Source of the DNA: a virus
Lineage: Duplodnaviria; Caudoviricetes
Direction: 5' to 3' (one strand)
Virus record (IMG/VR): IMGVR_UViG_3300025569_000021
Coordinates: 1 to 60,952 of that record
DNA length: 60,952 nt
Every line of letters starts with the position of its first letter. Positions within the stretch are counted from its first letter, which is position 1. The translations under genes were made by a program, and so were the position numbers. Below are positions 18,254-29,760 of this stretch, piece after piece. The notes beneath the pieces are model-generated. The model was not told the DNA's origin. It was given only the letters and a program-made list of their open reading frames with translations, and did no database searches.

Positions 18254-20475
18254 TTTTGTCCTCCAGTTGGTGTCAGACTTCCAGTCGTCGTCGCGAATAG
18301 AAAGGGGCGTCCCTCGTCACGACTTCCGCTGCAAGGTCGGGTTGTCCCATCCCTGGTAAAAGTCTAGGATGGTTTGTTGTCTCGGCTCGGGCCGGTGCCA
18401 CTCGCCTGGCATCGGCCAAACGACGTGGCACCGTTCGTGTCCGTAGTGAGCAAGAATGGCGAGCACGTCTAGATCGTAGCCCGTGATGGTCCCGTCTGGC
18501 GTGCGGATCTTCATGGCCCGCTCAGTCCCCCATCCGCTGCGCGAAGTTCCAGACGGCAGCTTCGCGGCCTGCTTCGACCCTGAACCATCCCTCAAGCTTG
18601 ACCGGTGCGTGCTGGTCCTTCGTGTGGACGAGTTCGGGGTCCAGGGCGTACAGGCGGTCTCGGTCGGGATCCATGCGGAGTTGCGCGGCCGTGAGGACGT
18701 GCGAGTCTGCAAGCGTGAGCTGCATCGACACGAGCGGGTGGGCCTGGCGCGACTGACTCGGCTTGGCCGGGATGCAGAGCACATCGCCCTGCCTGGTCGA
18801 GCTTGCGAGCTGCTCCGAGGTGCAGCGGAAGATCCAGCACTGAGCTGCTTCGACGGGGCAACGACCGGCTTTGATGGCGCCGTGGACGATCGCGGATGAG
18901 ACCGGGTGCCGGAACGGCTCGTCAGTCCCCTCGTTGTGGCCGACGAGGAAATAACTCTTGCGCAGCTCAGGGTAGCGATGCGCTGACCTGCGCACGAACT
19001 GGCGTGTCTGGATGACGGCCAGACCGGCGCGAGGGTCGTACCCATACAGGTCGTGGTTCAGCGCTTCCCCACGGCCCTTGCGGTCGAACTGCAGGCGGCG
19101 CTCGGTGAGCGCTTCCATGGACTCGTAATAGCCGAGCACTCTGGCGGCGTCGACTCGGCGATGCTCTCGGCTGATCGGCTCATCATCGCTCCAGCGGAGG
19201 ATCTGCCCATACGAGCCTCGCCGCTCGGTGAGCCCGGCGATCTGCTTGCGCGTGCAGGCGTGCCAAGCGGCGGGGGTCCGATGAGCGCAGACGTGGGGTT
19301 GTGTGGCGGTCATGATCATGGCGTGGTCTCCTCTGGTGTGACTGTCACGGGTTGGGTCATCTCCACCGTCACGGTCGAGCTTCCGGGCGTGGGGCTGAGC
19401 GAGACCTCTCCGAGCTGTTCGAGCTGCAAGGCCGGGCCGTATAGGCGCGAGAGCGGGGATAGTCGGAGTTGTCGGTGCGTGGTGAGGAATTCTCGAAGCT
19501 GGTCGAGGTAGGTCATGGTCGGGTGTCCCTCCGGGGTGTGGCCAGTCCGAGCGCCTGGTCAAGCGTGAGCTTCAAGCGCCCGGCTCTGGTCATTGTATCG
19601 ATGTCAAAGATGTTCTCCAGCGGCGTGCGGTCCTGGTAGAGCATCGGGGGCTGAGCTAGAAGCGCGCAGCGTGAGCAAATCCGGATCGAGCGGCCAAGGC
19701 CGACGTCGAGCACGGACGTCTGCTCGCGTGGCTGCGAGCTGTGACAGAGCGGGCAACGGTGCATCAGTCCTCCCATTCGAGCGCTGCCCGAACCTCGGGA
19801 TGTGCTGCCCAAAGCTCGCGCTGCTCCTCGGCCATGATGTGAAGCGCAACGCGAAGCATTTGTTGCAAGTCGCTCTCTTCGCGCTCCAGGCCATGGGCGA
19901 TCCCGTGCCTTTCTGCGGCATTGATGTAGCGTTCGACATTGATCATTTGCGGTGCTCCTGGTTGAGCATCGGTCGGAGCCGCTCAAGCAGGCTCACGGCG
20001 TCTTCGAGCTTCCGATAGGCGCACAGAGCGTAGAGCGCTGGCGCCCAGTCCTTCTCGGTCGAAAGCTCACGGTCTACCTCGCGGGCAAGGCGGGCCGCTT
20101 GGCGAGCTGCACGGATGGCGGGCTCGAGGTTCGGGGGTTGGCGGGGCTTCATGGTTGCGGCGCGGTGGCGATCTTGCACTGCTCGATGAAAGCGTCCTCG
20201 CGCGCTGCTTCGTGTGAGCCCTGGATGCTCAGTCGTGTGTAGAACGCGGATCGGAGCGCCTCCACTCCGGACGCTGACTTGGGCATGCGCTTCCCCATCA
20301 ACTCGGACATCACGTGCTGTCGGCAAGGTGCCTTAGCAGGCCCGGCGAGTGCCCAGATATCGAAGCGCCCAGCGGTGTAGGCGCCAAGGGTCTTGATGGC
20401 TTGCGTGGTCGTGTTCATAGTCGTTGTCCCTCGTTGGTGCGGGCGCCCGGCGTGGGGCGCCCCTTGGTTGGTTTG

Positions 20476-21759
20476 CTACGGGTTGAAAGCAGAGCAGAGG
20501 ATCGCGGCTTCCTTCTCCTGCTCTGGCGTCGGGCTTGCGTTGCCATCGAGCGCCGCGATGGTCCGAGCGATGCGAGCTTGGCGGGTGCACGGGGCTCCGT
20601 CCGGCGAGGGCATCTGGATCAATCGGGCGCGAGCTGCCGTCACGAGGGCGCGAGCTTCGGACGAGGTCATGACGGGCGGGGGAAGGGGCTTGCTGAAGTC
20701 GATCGGCTCCATCTGCAACAGCATGTCGAAGTCACGGACCCGATCGAGCCCGATGTTCGACTCTCCGAGCGTCGCGATGAGTTGGAAGTTCGCGGGCATC
20801 TCGACGGACCTGCCGGCGCGGCTGATCTGCACGGACCTGTCTCGATACGCCGCAAGCGTGGCGTCCAGGGTCGAGCTGTAGAACTCCTGGATCTCATCGA
20901 GAAACAAGACTCCCCGGTGCGCGAGCGTGACCTCTCCCGGTCTCGGAGTCTTGCCACCTCCAACCATGCCGACGTCCGAGACCGTGTGATGTGGCGCGCG
21001 GAACGGACGCGCGATCACGGTCGGGCGATCTGGGTTGAGTAGACCGGCTGAGCTGTAGACCTGCGCGACGCTGAGTTGCTCGATCTGGTCGAGGTCCGGC
21101 AGGATGTACGGGAGACGGCGCGCGAGCATGGTCTTACCCGATCCGGGCGGGCCGGTGAGCAGCAAGGCGTGACGCCCGACGGCGGCGATGAGAAGCGCGC
21201 GGACTGCCGCGGGGTCTCGGATATCGGACAGGTCAATCTGCTCCGGGCGCTCGGGCACGGCGCGCGGCTCCTGTGCCGGAATGAGTTTGGAGCCTCTGAC
21301 GTGATCAATCGCCTGCTCGAGGTCATGAGCACCGTACACCTTGACGCCTGGCACTTGGGCTGCTTCCTGGGCGTTGTCGGCCGCGCAAAGCACGTCAAGG
21401 CCGAGGTCTCGGGCGAGGAACGCGGCGGGCACTGCACCGCGGATTGGGAGCAGTTTACCGACGAAATCAAGCCCACCGAAGATCAGGAGATTTGGGATTC
21501 TGGCCGTGAGCGCTCCGATCGCGATCGGTAGGTCGAGCTGCGAGGAGTCCAGCGGAGCGGGCTCGACAGTGACAGCGAGTGTGCGGGAGAATTCACAGCC
21601 TGTCAGGTTCTCAACTGCTGCTCTGACGCGGGTGCTCGATTCCTTCGCTGCCGCGTCGGACAGTCCGGCAACCTTGAGCGGGCGCGGCGGATGGACTTCG
21701 TGGGCGGTGATGTCGACTCGTCGAGCTGTGATTCCTTCGAGGTGGAATGATGTGATCAT
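20476..21759 (-). CDS. YifB/ComM-like Mg-chelatase-family AAA+ ATPase (shortened)
   Basis: GLSDAAAKES..RVRAA, LDLPIA, GPPGSGKTMLARRLP, RPFRAPHHT, PGEVTLAHRGVLFLDE, PANFQLIA. Confidence 0.9.
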   Translation of the reverse strand: MITSFHLEGITARRVDITAHEVHPPRPLKVAGLSDAAAKESSTRVRAAVENLTGCEFSRTLAVTVEPAPLDSSQLDLPIAIGALTARIPNLLIFGGLDFVGKLLPIRGAVPAAFLARDLGLDVLCAADNAQEAAQVPGVKVYGAHDLEQAIDHVRGSKLIPAQEPRAVPERPEQIDLSDIRDPAAVRALLIAAVGRHALLLTGPPGSGKTMLARRLPYILPDLDQIEQLSVAQVYSSAGLLNPDRPTVIARPFRAPHHTVSDVGMVGGGKTPRPGEVTLAHRGVLFLDEIQEFYSSTLDATLAAYRDRSVQISRAGRSVEMPANFQLIATLGESNIGLDRVRDFDMLLQMEPIDFSKPLPPPVMTSSEARALVTAARARLIQMPSPDGAPCTRQARIARTIAALDGNASPTPEQEKEAAILCSAFNP

Positions 21760-22320
21760 GGCGTGGTCTCCGGTGTGTGGGCGTTGCGGCGGCGAGTTGG
21801 CTATCCCTGGCACGCGAAGTCTTCGTTGAGGGCGTCGAGCACATCGTTGTTGAAATGCTCGGCGACCAGCTCGTAGACGCCTGGGACTTCGGTGAGCAGG
21901 TTGCTTGGCGTGCGCTCGTCATCGACGATCTCGAAGAGCTTGGTCTTGAACTCTTCGTCCGTGAACTGGATCGGGATGTGCAAGCGCTCGGACCAGAGGC
22001 GGGCGCACGGGCTCACGGGCCGCTGGCGAAGCGCCGCCTTCACGTACTCGATGCCGTCGCTCGTGAGTTCCGTCTCGAGCAGGGCGCCGACCAGCGTCCC
22101 GTCCGAGAGTTCCTCGGCTTCGAGGCACTCTGCGCCGTTCGCGCAGTGCTGGGGGCTATCCCATTCGCTGGATGCGAAGACGGGATTGTCCGTCAGCACA
22201 CGCCCGGATGGCGGCACGGTCGGTGCGAAGGATGCGGACCAGATGTGCTTGCGCGCCTCTCGCTGTGCGGCTTCGGTGCATGAGACGCAATAGAGGTGGA
22301 ATGATGTGATCATGGCGTGG
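21739..22320. repeat. 28-bp exact direct repeat GAGGTGGAATGATGTGATCATGGCGTGG at 21739-21766 and 22293-22320
   Basis: Read directly. Gives two different genes the same N-terminus MITSFHL. Confidence 0.9.
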
Positions 22321-22321
22321 G

Positions 22322-22659
22322 GGTCTCCTGTATGGCGGTGTGGCGTCGAGCTGGCTATCCCTGGGGGCTAGATCGTGCGGACCGTGGCGCGGTTCGCGTT
22401 GCTCCAGTTTCCCCGCTCGTCGAAGAACAGATCGTTCGCGAGCTGATCTAGGGCATGGCCGAGGGTGAATTCGTACTGCTTCCGGCCGGCGTGGAGAACA
22501 ACCTCAACGCAGCCGATCGAGTTGGTCCTGGGCGTGCCGTCGGGGTTGCGCTCCTTCTCGAGCTGCTTGACGCCTTCGGCGATGTCGGACAAGAGCGAGT
22601 CTCTGTGCTTGATTCTCATGGCGTTACGGTCTCCTGTATGGCGGTGTGGCGTCGAGCTG
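22322..22659. repeat. 32-bp exact direct repeat GGTCTCCTGTATGGCGGTGTGGCGTCGAGCTG at 22322-22353 and 22628-22659
   Basis: Read directly. Variants with a GTCGAGCTG core at 23917, 24369 and 24935. Confidence 0.9.
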
Positions 22660-23895
22660 TCCCAGTTCGATCAATGCCTCAGCGATCGTCTCGTCTGTGG
22701 GCGCGGTGTCGAGGTCATCGGCGATCGTGAGGCTCGGACAACCGCCCGTGCATTCCGGGTGGATGCGCTCGTGTCCGTCGCGCAAGACTTCCGCAAGGTG
22801 GGCCGCCCCGGTCTCCTGGATCGGGGTTGGGACTGGCCCCGATTGCAGCGCAATCACGGAGGCGGGGATCTTCGATGTCGCTCCGCTCCATGCGCCATTG
22901 CCCCAACGGAACCCGGCCGCTCTGAGGTCTTGTAGGATCGAGCGGGCGGGCTTGTCAGCGAACCGGATCGAGCTGTAGTCGCTCCCGTGATGCTTGATCA
23001 ACATGCCGCCGTTATCCTCGGTCGCCTTCTGCTCTCGGGCCAGTCGATCGATGTACTCCAGGCGCTTCCTGTCGGTGGCGATCTTGGCTCCGACGCCGGC
23101 TATCGCGTACGTCGGGTACCCTGGTTTGCGGCTGTTCCCGAAGCGAGCTTGGACGTCGAGGTCTCGGCGCTCACTCTCGGTCAATGGCGGATCGGGTTCG
23201 GTCGGCTTCTTGGCGCGTAGTGCCTTGTTGATCTGCTTCATCCGCTCGCGAAGTGCCTCATTCTCGGCGATGCGTGCCCGGAGTGCTTCGGGCGCGTCGG
23301 GGTCGTCCGTGTAGATCGAAGTTTCTAGGCGCTCTGTCACGGTCGCGGCGGCGCGTTCGTGGTGTTCGGCGAGATTCGACGCTTCGGCACTGCGCCGGAT
23401 GTTGTTCCAAGCCTTGTCGATCTGCTTGCGGTGCCGCTTCTCCGAGTGGTGCCCGACAAGGATCGGCTGTCCGTTCATCTGGTAGAAAGCATCATCGGCG
23501 CTCTTGTGGCGTCGGGCTGACTCGGCTCTGGCCTTGTCGGCCCAGTCCTCGCGCTTCTCGGCCTTGTTCTCCAGGCGGGCTCGGCGGGCGCCGGTGCCGA
23601 ACCCTTCGATCCGGTCGTAGTACCCTGGCAAGCGCAAGGGCTTGTAGTTGCCCCACGAGTCGCGGCTAACCTTCGAGGTCTGGATGAGCAAGCAAGCCCG
23701 GCCAGAGTGACGCATCCCGTAGGCGCGTTGCCCTCGGTAGGTCCGGGCGCGGACCTTCAGGGCGTTGTCTGCTGCTCCCTTCGTGCGGAACGTGCGGATC
23801 GTCTCCCAGTCCTCGGGTTGGTCGATCTGCCCGCGTTGGAGGTAGTAGAGCGTTGCGGCTTCGCCGTGGTGGATGCTGATGGTGTAGACGAACAT
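22624..23895 (-). CDS. DUF3560 domain protein
   Basis: GQPILVGHHSEKRHR..AE.HERAA..IYTDDPDA. Confidence 0.85.
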   Translation of the reverse strand: MFVYTISIHHGEAATLYYLQRGQIDQPEDWETIRTFRTKGAADNALKVRARTYRGQRAYGMRHSGRACLLIQTSKVSRDSWGNYKPLRLPGYYDRIEGFGTGARRARLENKAEKREDWADKARAESARRHKSADDAFYQMNGQPILVGHHSEKRHRKQIDKAWNNIRRSAEASNLAEHHERAAATVTERLETSIYTDDPDAPEALRARIAENEALRERMKQINKALRAKKPTEPDPPLTESERRDLDVQARFGNSRKPGYPTYAIAGVGAKIATDRKRLEYIDRLAREQKATEDNGGMLIKHHGSDYSSIRFADKPARSILQDLRAAGFRWGNGAWSGATSKIPASVIALQSGPVPTPIQETGAAHLAEVLRDGHERIHPECTGGCPSLTIADDLDTAPTDETIAEALIELGQLDATPPYRRP

Positions 23896-26072
23896 GGCGG
23901 GGTCTCCTGTGGCGTTGTCGAGCTGCTAGGTGAGCGCTTCTCGTGCGATGTCTCGAAGCACGGTCCCTGCGTCCTGCTCAAGGGTCGCTTGGTCGGGGTA
24001 CTCGGCGATGGTGCGAAGCGCTCCGAGCGGGCCGGCCAGTCGGCGCGAACCTGCCGGGTCGTGAGCTTGGAGGAACGTGGTTAGGGCGTCAGGGTGCGGC
24101 GTGAACCACGGGCGGATCGGTGCGTAGTGGTTGCTCGGGTGCGTTTCGATGCGAGCTGTCACGCGCTTATCTGATAGCGTGGGCTCCACCGCTAGGTGTA
24201 GGTGCTCCACGGCGCCGTCCTGGCCGATCACTGTCAGAGTCAGGACGTGACATCCTCCGAGCTGCTCAAGTGCCTTGCGGGCATCGGGGTCTCGGAGGTC
24301 CAGGGTGGCGCAGAGTCTGGCGTTGGTGCTCATGGCGTTGTGGTCTCCTGGTAGAGGGGCCGGTCGTGGTCGAGCTGCTAGGCGTGGGGCGTCCAGCCGC
24401 TCACCGTTGCGCCGGATAGCGTGTCGAACGTGTGGGCGTACGTGTGGCACCATTCCCAACGATCGTTGTCGGTCCCTGGGATGTTCTGCTTGGCGTACCG
24501 ACAAGCCCGGCTCCAACCTAGCTTCCGGCGCCATTCCGGGTACTGGAAGCTGTCCAGGATCGCGGGAGGTTCGTCCGTCGTCGTGTCCATCGCTAGATCC
24601 GCGAGATGTAGGCGTACGCACGCCTCGGCCTGCTCGCGAGTCGTTTGGACCGCGTACGAGGTGCTTCCGCACCACTGGCGAACGACCCCGGGCGGATCGT
24701 CCGGCGTCGCGACGATCCGACTGTGGATCCCGTTCGGGTCCTCCCAAACGATCGCGATGTAGCCACGATGCAAGAAGACCGTCGGCGTGTAGTCGCGCGA
24801 CAAGGCTTCGTTGATCTGTCTGTCGAGGTCCGCCCGTGCTTCGGTCTTGGTCTTGGCTGTGGATTGAAGCTGTCCGCGGGTCAAGGTGATGGTTCGGCTC
24901 ATGGTCGTTGTCCCTCTCGGGTTGGTGTGGCGTTGTCGAGCTGCTACGGGTCCAGGCGTCCGATCGTCGTCCAGTCGGGCGCCGGAAGTTGCGCCGTCTG
25001 ACAGTCCGGACAGTTGCACCATGGATCCTCGTCCATGTGCTCGGCGAGGTCCGCGGCGGCACACTCCGGGCACCAATACGGATCGGCGTTGGCCGCTCGG
25101 GTGTGGCCGCACGGAAGTGCGATGTCTGCGGAGTGCCAGCAAGCCCGACACCAATCATCGCCGATGTCAGCCTGGATCGTGTGCCAACGTCGGGCGCCAC
25201 AAGTCGAGCATTCGGGCGCGCGGGAGCTGTCCGGGAGCTGCATGGGGTTGGCCGCTCGGGTGCTCCGGGCCCCTTCGATGCATCGGAGGTGGATCGCTCG
25301 GATGCGCTCTCGCCAGTCCTGGCGAACGACTCCGGCGAGTTGGGATCGCTCGCGAGCTGCATTCAGCAAGTACCCTGCGGAGTGTGCCCCGGCTAAGCAT
25401 CGGTGCGGAGGTCTCACCGGGCACGGGGCGCAAGCCTTGCGCGCGGCGCGGTGCTGAGCTTTCCAAGTCTCGCGGGGGGTTGGCTGTTGGGTCGTGGTCA
25501 GCATGACATCGGCTCCGTGTTGCGGCGTTGGTGTTGCCTGACGATGGCATTGCGGCGTCTCGCTCCTCGGGTGTCCAGGCGCCGATCGGTGCGCTGATGC
25601 TCCCGGACAATGCAGGCTCGACGTCGGGCGCGGGTGGCCTTGCTGCGCTGATGCTCGCGCACAAGGCGGGCATGGTCTGACTCGTGGGGTTGGGCGTTCA
25701 TGGCGTTGGGTCCTCGGGGAAGGCCCGGACGTCTGGCGGTGGCGTCCGGGCCGTTGGGTTCTTAAGGGTCTTGGATCGTCCCGCACTGCCAGCACAGCCA
25801 GCGCAGAGCGGCTAGCGCTTCCTTTCCCTTGCCCTTGCGTTCCATGGCATCTAGCCAAATATCCTTTTGCATCTGGCTGTTGGGATCGAAAGCAAAGAGT
25901 TGATCATCCCAGGACACGATCCATTGTCCGCCGGAATGCTCACACTTTGGGCCGATCGTGGCTGGCCCTAGCGGGATGGTCAGACCGATGGCTGTTGGTG
26001 GCTTGGTTGGCTTCATGGCGTTGGGGTCCTTTCGGTGTTGGGCCCGGACCGGTCCGGGCCGGTTGGGGTTGA

Positions 26073-26471
26073 CTACTCTTCGAAGTCTCCGGCGCAAGCG
26101 TCAAGGTCATCGGCGTGGCATACGTCGGGAGTCTCGAGCGGCTCTGGTTCGTCGATCGTTACCTCGTCCAGATCGAGGTTTTCCCATTCCTGGATCCAGT
26201 CCTCGAAGGCCTGGCCCCGGTCTGACTCCTGCCACTTGTCGGATCGCTCATCGCGATACCCTTCAAGCTCGGACACAAGGTCCGTTCTGAAGGATTGCGC
26301 GTCCCAGATCGTGGCGTTGTAGGCTTCCAGCGCTTCTTGGACGGGCGCGAACAGTTCAGCAAGCTTGGCGTTGTAGGCTTCGATTGCTGCGTCCAGGTCT
26401 CCCTTGCTGTCGTGCAAGCGAGTGACTAAGGCGTTGCGGTCCTTTGCGTTCTGGGCTCCAATCGAATTCAT
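26073..26471 (-). CDS. Highly acidic helical protein
   Basis: RSDKWQESDRGQ motif; Asp/Glu-rich C-terminal half. Confidence 0.7.
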   Translation of the reverse strand: MNSIGAQNAKDRNALVTRLHDSKGDLDAAIEAYNAKLAELFAPVQEALEAYNATIWDAQSFRTDLVSELEGYRDERSDKWQESDRGQAFEDWIQEWENLDLDEVTIDEPEPLETPDVCHADDLDACAGDFEE

Positions 26472-27434
26472 GGCGAGGTCGTCCTTTCGGCGTTGGGGTC
26501 GTCCGTCATTCCGTAGGCGTACGGTGAGCTACACTCGGTCTCTGCGCTGGGCTCACAACCGGCCTCCTGGCAGTCGTGGCACAGTCCGGCGTTGTCGTCC
26601 GTCGGGATCGCAATTTCCATGCAATCCCGACACGAGCAAGGGGCATAGCCTGTGGGCATCGCGGGTTCTCCTGTGGTGCGGAGTGCCAGCGTCTCAAAGT
26701 GTCTGCGCTGGGTTTCCTCGGCGGTGGCGTAGTCTGGCCACGGGTCGCGCGTGGTCATGGGTTAAAAGTCGCGCGGTCTAGATCAAGCTCACGGCCGTAA
26801 TCTGCTAGCATCGCGCGCCAAGAGCTGTAAGGGCCGGAGTCGCCGATGGGCTCCGTTCCTTCGAAGCGAGTAAGGCGCCACCGGCCGGATCCAGCGGGAT
26901 CGAGGGTCGCGAGCGCTTGGTACCTTGCATCAAACCCGGTCAAGGGCGCGAGGAACACGGCGCCGTCGTGCTCGGCGATGAATCGATCGATCCTGGCGGT
27001 GCGGGCCACGGAAGCGGCGAACACTGAGGCCCAAAGGGCGGTGTTTTGGGGAGTCATGGCGTCGGATCCCCGTACGGCACGATTGGCAAGCGTCGGGCGA
27101 TGTCCAGGATCCAGGCATTTAAACCGGCGCGATCGACGTTGCCCGGGATCCGTTGGGCCGTTGCAAGCTGGGCATCGGACGGCGTGGGCTCACCGTCGGC
27201 TCTGGCGTACAGTTTCCCAGGATGCGCCGGTCCAGCCTCGACGTAGTACAGATGCAGGCCCGTTCCTGGATCCCGGAACTGTCTGATACGGGTCTCGTCG
27301 GCGAAGCGGCCGATCGCGTTTTCAAAGTCACGTCTCCAGTCTCGCGGTGGGGCGTACGGTGTCGGGGGAACGGTCGGGGAGTGTCCTGGGCTTGTGCTGC
27401 CTCCGGGGACGTTACAGACATCACATCGGTGGGG

Positions 27435-27730
27435 TCGTGGCATGGGTCAAACCTCCATCGTGAGGGCAAAATCAAACTGCACTGATCTTAACTTCCCAAG
27501 TTCCGAAGTTTGCTCCATCTTGTGTTTTGGCGTTTGCAAACAATTTTCCATTGTTTTGCAAGTCAAAACTGACATTGACAGTGATTCCATTATTGAACCG
27601 TTGCGCCGAGTATCCTGTCAAAGCTTTCGTCAAAACAGTTTTGACTACTCTACCGATGTCGCGATTAGAAGCTGCCAAACTTTGTGAAACCATCTTAACC
27701 TTTCGTGGCATGGGTCAAACCTCCATCGTG
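27435..27730. repeat. 28-bp exact direct repeat TCGTGGCATGGGTCAAACCTCCATCGTG at 27435-27462 and 27703-27730
   Basis: Read directly. Contains the SD, a TGA and ATG-CCA-CGA of the minus-strand genes. Confidence 0.92.
27472..27711 (-). CDS. AT-rich hypothetical protein (79 aa) between direct repeats
   Basis: Visibly AT-rich compared with its flanks; SD GGAGG inside the repeat. Confidence 0.7.
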   Translation of the reverse strand: MPRKVKMVSQSLAASNRDIGRVVKTVLTKALTGYSAQRFNNGITVNVSFDLQNNGKLFANAKTQDGANFGTWEVKISAV

Positions 27731-28416
27731 GCGAACAAGTCCAGCGGCGTGGCCTTGCGCAGGACTTCGGCAGTCAGCCGCGTACGGGTCTCGGTCTCGA
27801 GCTGGGCCAGCGTCGCGCCGTCGAGTGCCTGGCGATGCCCGTGTCTAACTGCCTGGATCAAGTGCAAGACGTCCTGGAAGTACTCCGTTGGGGAAGGGCT
27901 TGGCATCGGTGCGGGTCCTTTGGTTGTGGGGGCGTTGCGAGGGGCAAGACGGGGCCATTGCTGGCCCCGTGGGGCGTTGGTTAGAACCTGAGCAATCGGC
28001 GAAGCTCTGGGAGGTCCGTATCTGGCTTGCGGCGAGTCGTGAGCGGGGCAAGGCCTGACGCAGTGGGATAGTGCAAGCGCCAGCGGATGAGCCAGTCGGG
28101 CCCAAACTGATTCCTGATCTGCTGCAAGTACGCAGCGTCATTTTGTCGATCACCGGTCCAGTCTGGATAAGATCCCACCTCCCAGCACGTTCGCAGGGCT
28201 TGTTTCCAAGTCCGCCCGTAATCCTCGGCGAATCGGCACAGTGCGGCGTGTTGGTCTGGCGTTGGCTGTGTCTGGCTCATGGTCGTTTGGCTCCGTTGGG
28301 TTGCTGTCCCGCTCGTTAGTCGGCCCGTCGTGGGTCGTGCGCCCCCTGCTACGTGCAAGCCAGCGGGGAAGGGGGCAAAGGGGGCCCGGCAGTCCACCGG
28401 GGCCCCCGTGGGGCAT

Positions 28417-29760
28417 CTAGCTTGCCAGTGCGAGCACCTTACCGGCGGCCCGGTCAAGCTCCATCCTGGCGTCTGTGTGCTTCGTCGTCTGGCTGTACTC
28501 GGTGAGCCCGTTGACCATGGCCCATGCGCTCATCGGGGGCCCGTAGCTGTCCACGTTGCGCTCTGCGATGGCATAGGCAGACTCAAGAGCGCCTTTGGGG
28601 GCGATGCGCTTGGCAAAGAGCAGATCCACGGTGCTGGGCTTGTCCGTGCCAAGCATGAGCCGCTGGGCGCCTTGGATCACTCGCCGCTCTGCTTCGTCAC
28701 TCATGGATGCGTAACGGGCCAGCTCGACTCGCATAGCACGATCGGAACGGTGCGCCGCGTCGCCAACATGGCGAACCCGGAATTCGAACTGTACCGAGAG
28801 ACCGTGAAGAATGTGGTTTCCGCAGACATCATCAAGCAGAAAGCAGGAGATGCCCTGGCTCTTGCCGCCGATTTCGGAATTCCACAGGATGTACCCTCGC
28901 ATGAGGGCCCGGCCCGTTCCGGTCTCAATCACGCGCGAGGGATCGACTTGGAAAATCCAGAGATCTCGATCGGACCGGTAGACACCGGCCGGGGCGATCG
29001 TGTCGCCAACCTGCGGGCCGAGTCGTGATCCAGCGAGCACATCGGCGATCGTCGCGATCTTGGTCCGCTCACCATCGATGCCAGCGGGACGCGCGGGGGG
29101 CGTTTTCCAGCCACCGGGCAAGCTGGCGACCCTCTCCAGCAAGTCAGCATCGAAGATACGGGAGTACTGGCTACCGTTCAGCGCGCGTGCGATCGTGTGT
29201 CCGTTGGTTCCGTGGACTAGGAGCTGTCCGGCGGTGCCGGCCCCGGATGAGCCGAGCTGCCGCAGGCCTGATTGGATGCACTGGGCCGCAAGCTCAGTTG
29301 GAAGCGTGCCTAGGTAGTCAGCGGGCGCGCCTGCGACCCGGGCAACCTGGGAAAAGCAATAGTTTGTCATTTCGGCCTGACGGCCGTCGCGGGAGACAAG
29401 ACGCAAGTCTAGATCAGATTCGAACCCGGGCCGGGCCGATTGAACCTCCACGGCTCGGACGTCCAGATCCCTGTAGCTTAGCGCGTACTCTCGCGCCGTG
29501 TCGCGGTGGATCCGGGCTGATTCCAGGCACTCGGCGACACTCCAGAACCGTTCATCGGCGGGACGGCGGGCCCACTGCCGATGGGCCGTCAGGGACTGGA
29601 CTTGCGCCGATGTGGCGTTCTGCGATCGGGTCACGGTGGCCTGTACGGCCGTTTGTGCGGCTTGGTAGACGACGGGCGGTCCGACGGGGCCGGAAACGAA
29701 CACTCGGGGGATAGTGGCAAGCGCGGTACTGGTCTGGATCGGGGTTCCTGTGGTCAACAT
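28417..29760 (-). CDS. DUF932 domain protein
   Basis: QWARRPADERF, FSQVA..AGAPADYL, Y.RIFD, SDRDLWIF, RGYILWNSE.G, VCGNH. Confidence 0.85.
   Translation of the reverse strand: MLTTGTPIQTSTALATIPRVFVSGPVGPPVVYQAAQTAVQATVTRSQNATSAQVQSLTAHRQWARRPADERFWSVAECLESARIHRDTAREYALSYRDLDVRAVEVQSARPGFESDLDLRLVSRDGRQAEMTNYCFSQVARVAGAPADYLGTLPTELAAQCIQSGLRQLGSSGAGTAGQLLVHGTNGHTIARALNGSQYSRIFDADLLERVASLPGGWKTPPARPAGIDGERTKIATIADVLAGSRLGPQVGDTIAPAGVYRSDRDLWIFQVDPSRVIETGTGRALMRGYILWNSEIGGKSQGISCFLLDDVCGNHILHGLSVQFEFRVRHVGDAAHRSDRAMRVELARYASMSDEAERRVIQGAQRLMLGTDKPSTVDLLFAKRIAPKGALESAYAIAERNVDSYGPPMSAWAMVNGLTEYSQTTKHTDARMELDRAAGKVLALAS

Noticed and set aside
23926-25858. Long ORFs 23926-25362, 24944-25858 and many antisense ORFs in the track
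   Set aside because: These are GC-rich shadow frames or 5' over-extensions; the likely starts sit at the leader motif (24333, 24902, 25504).
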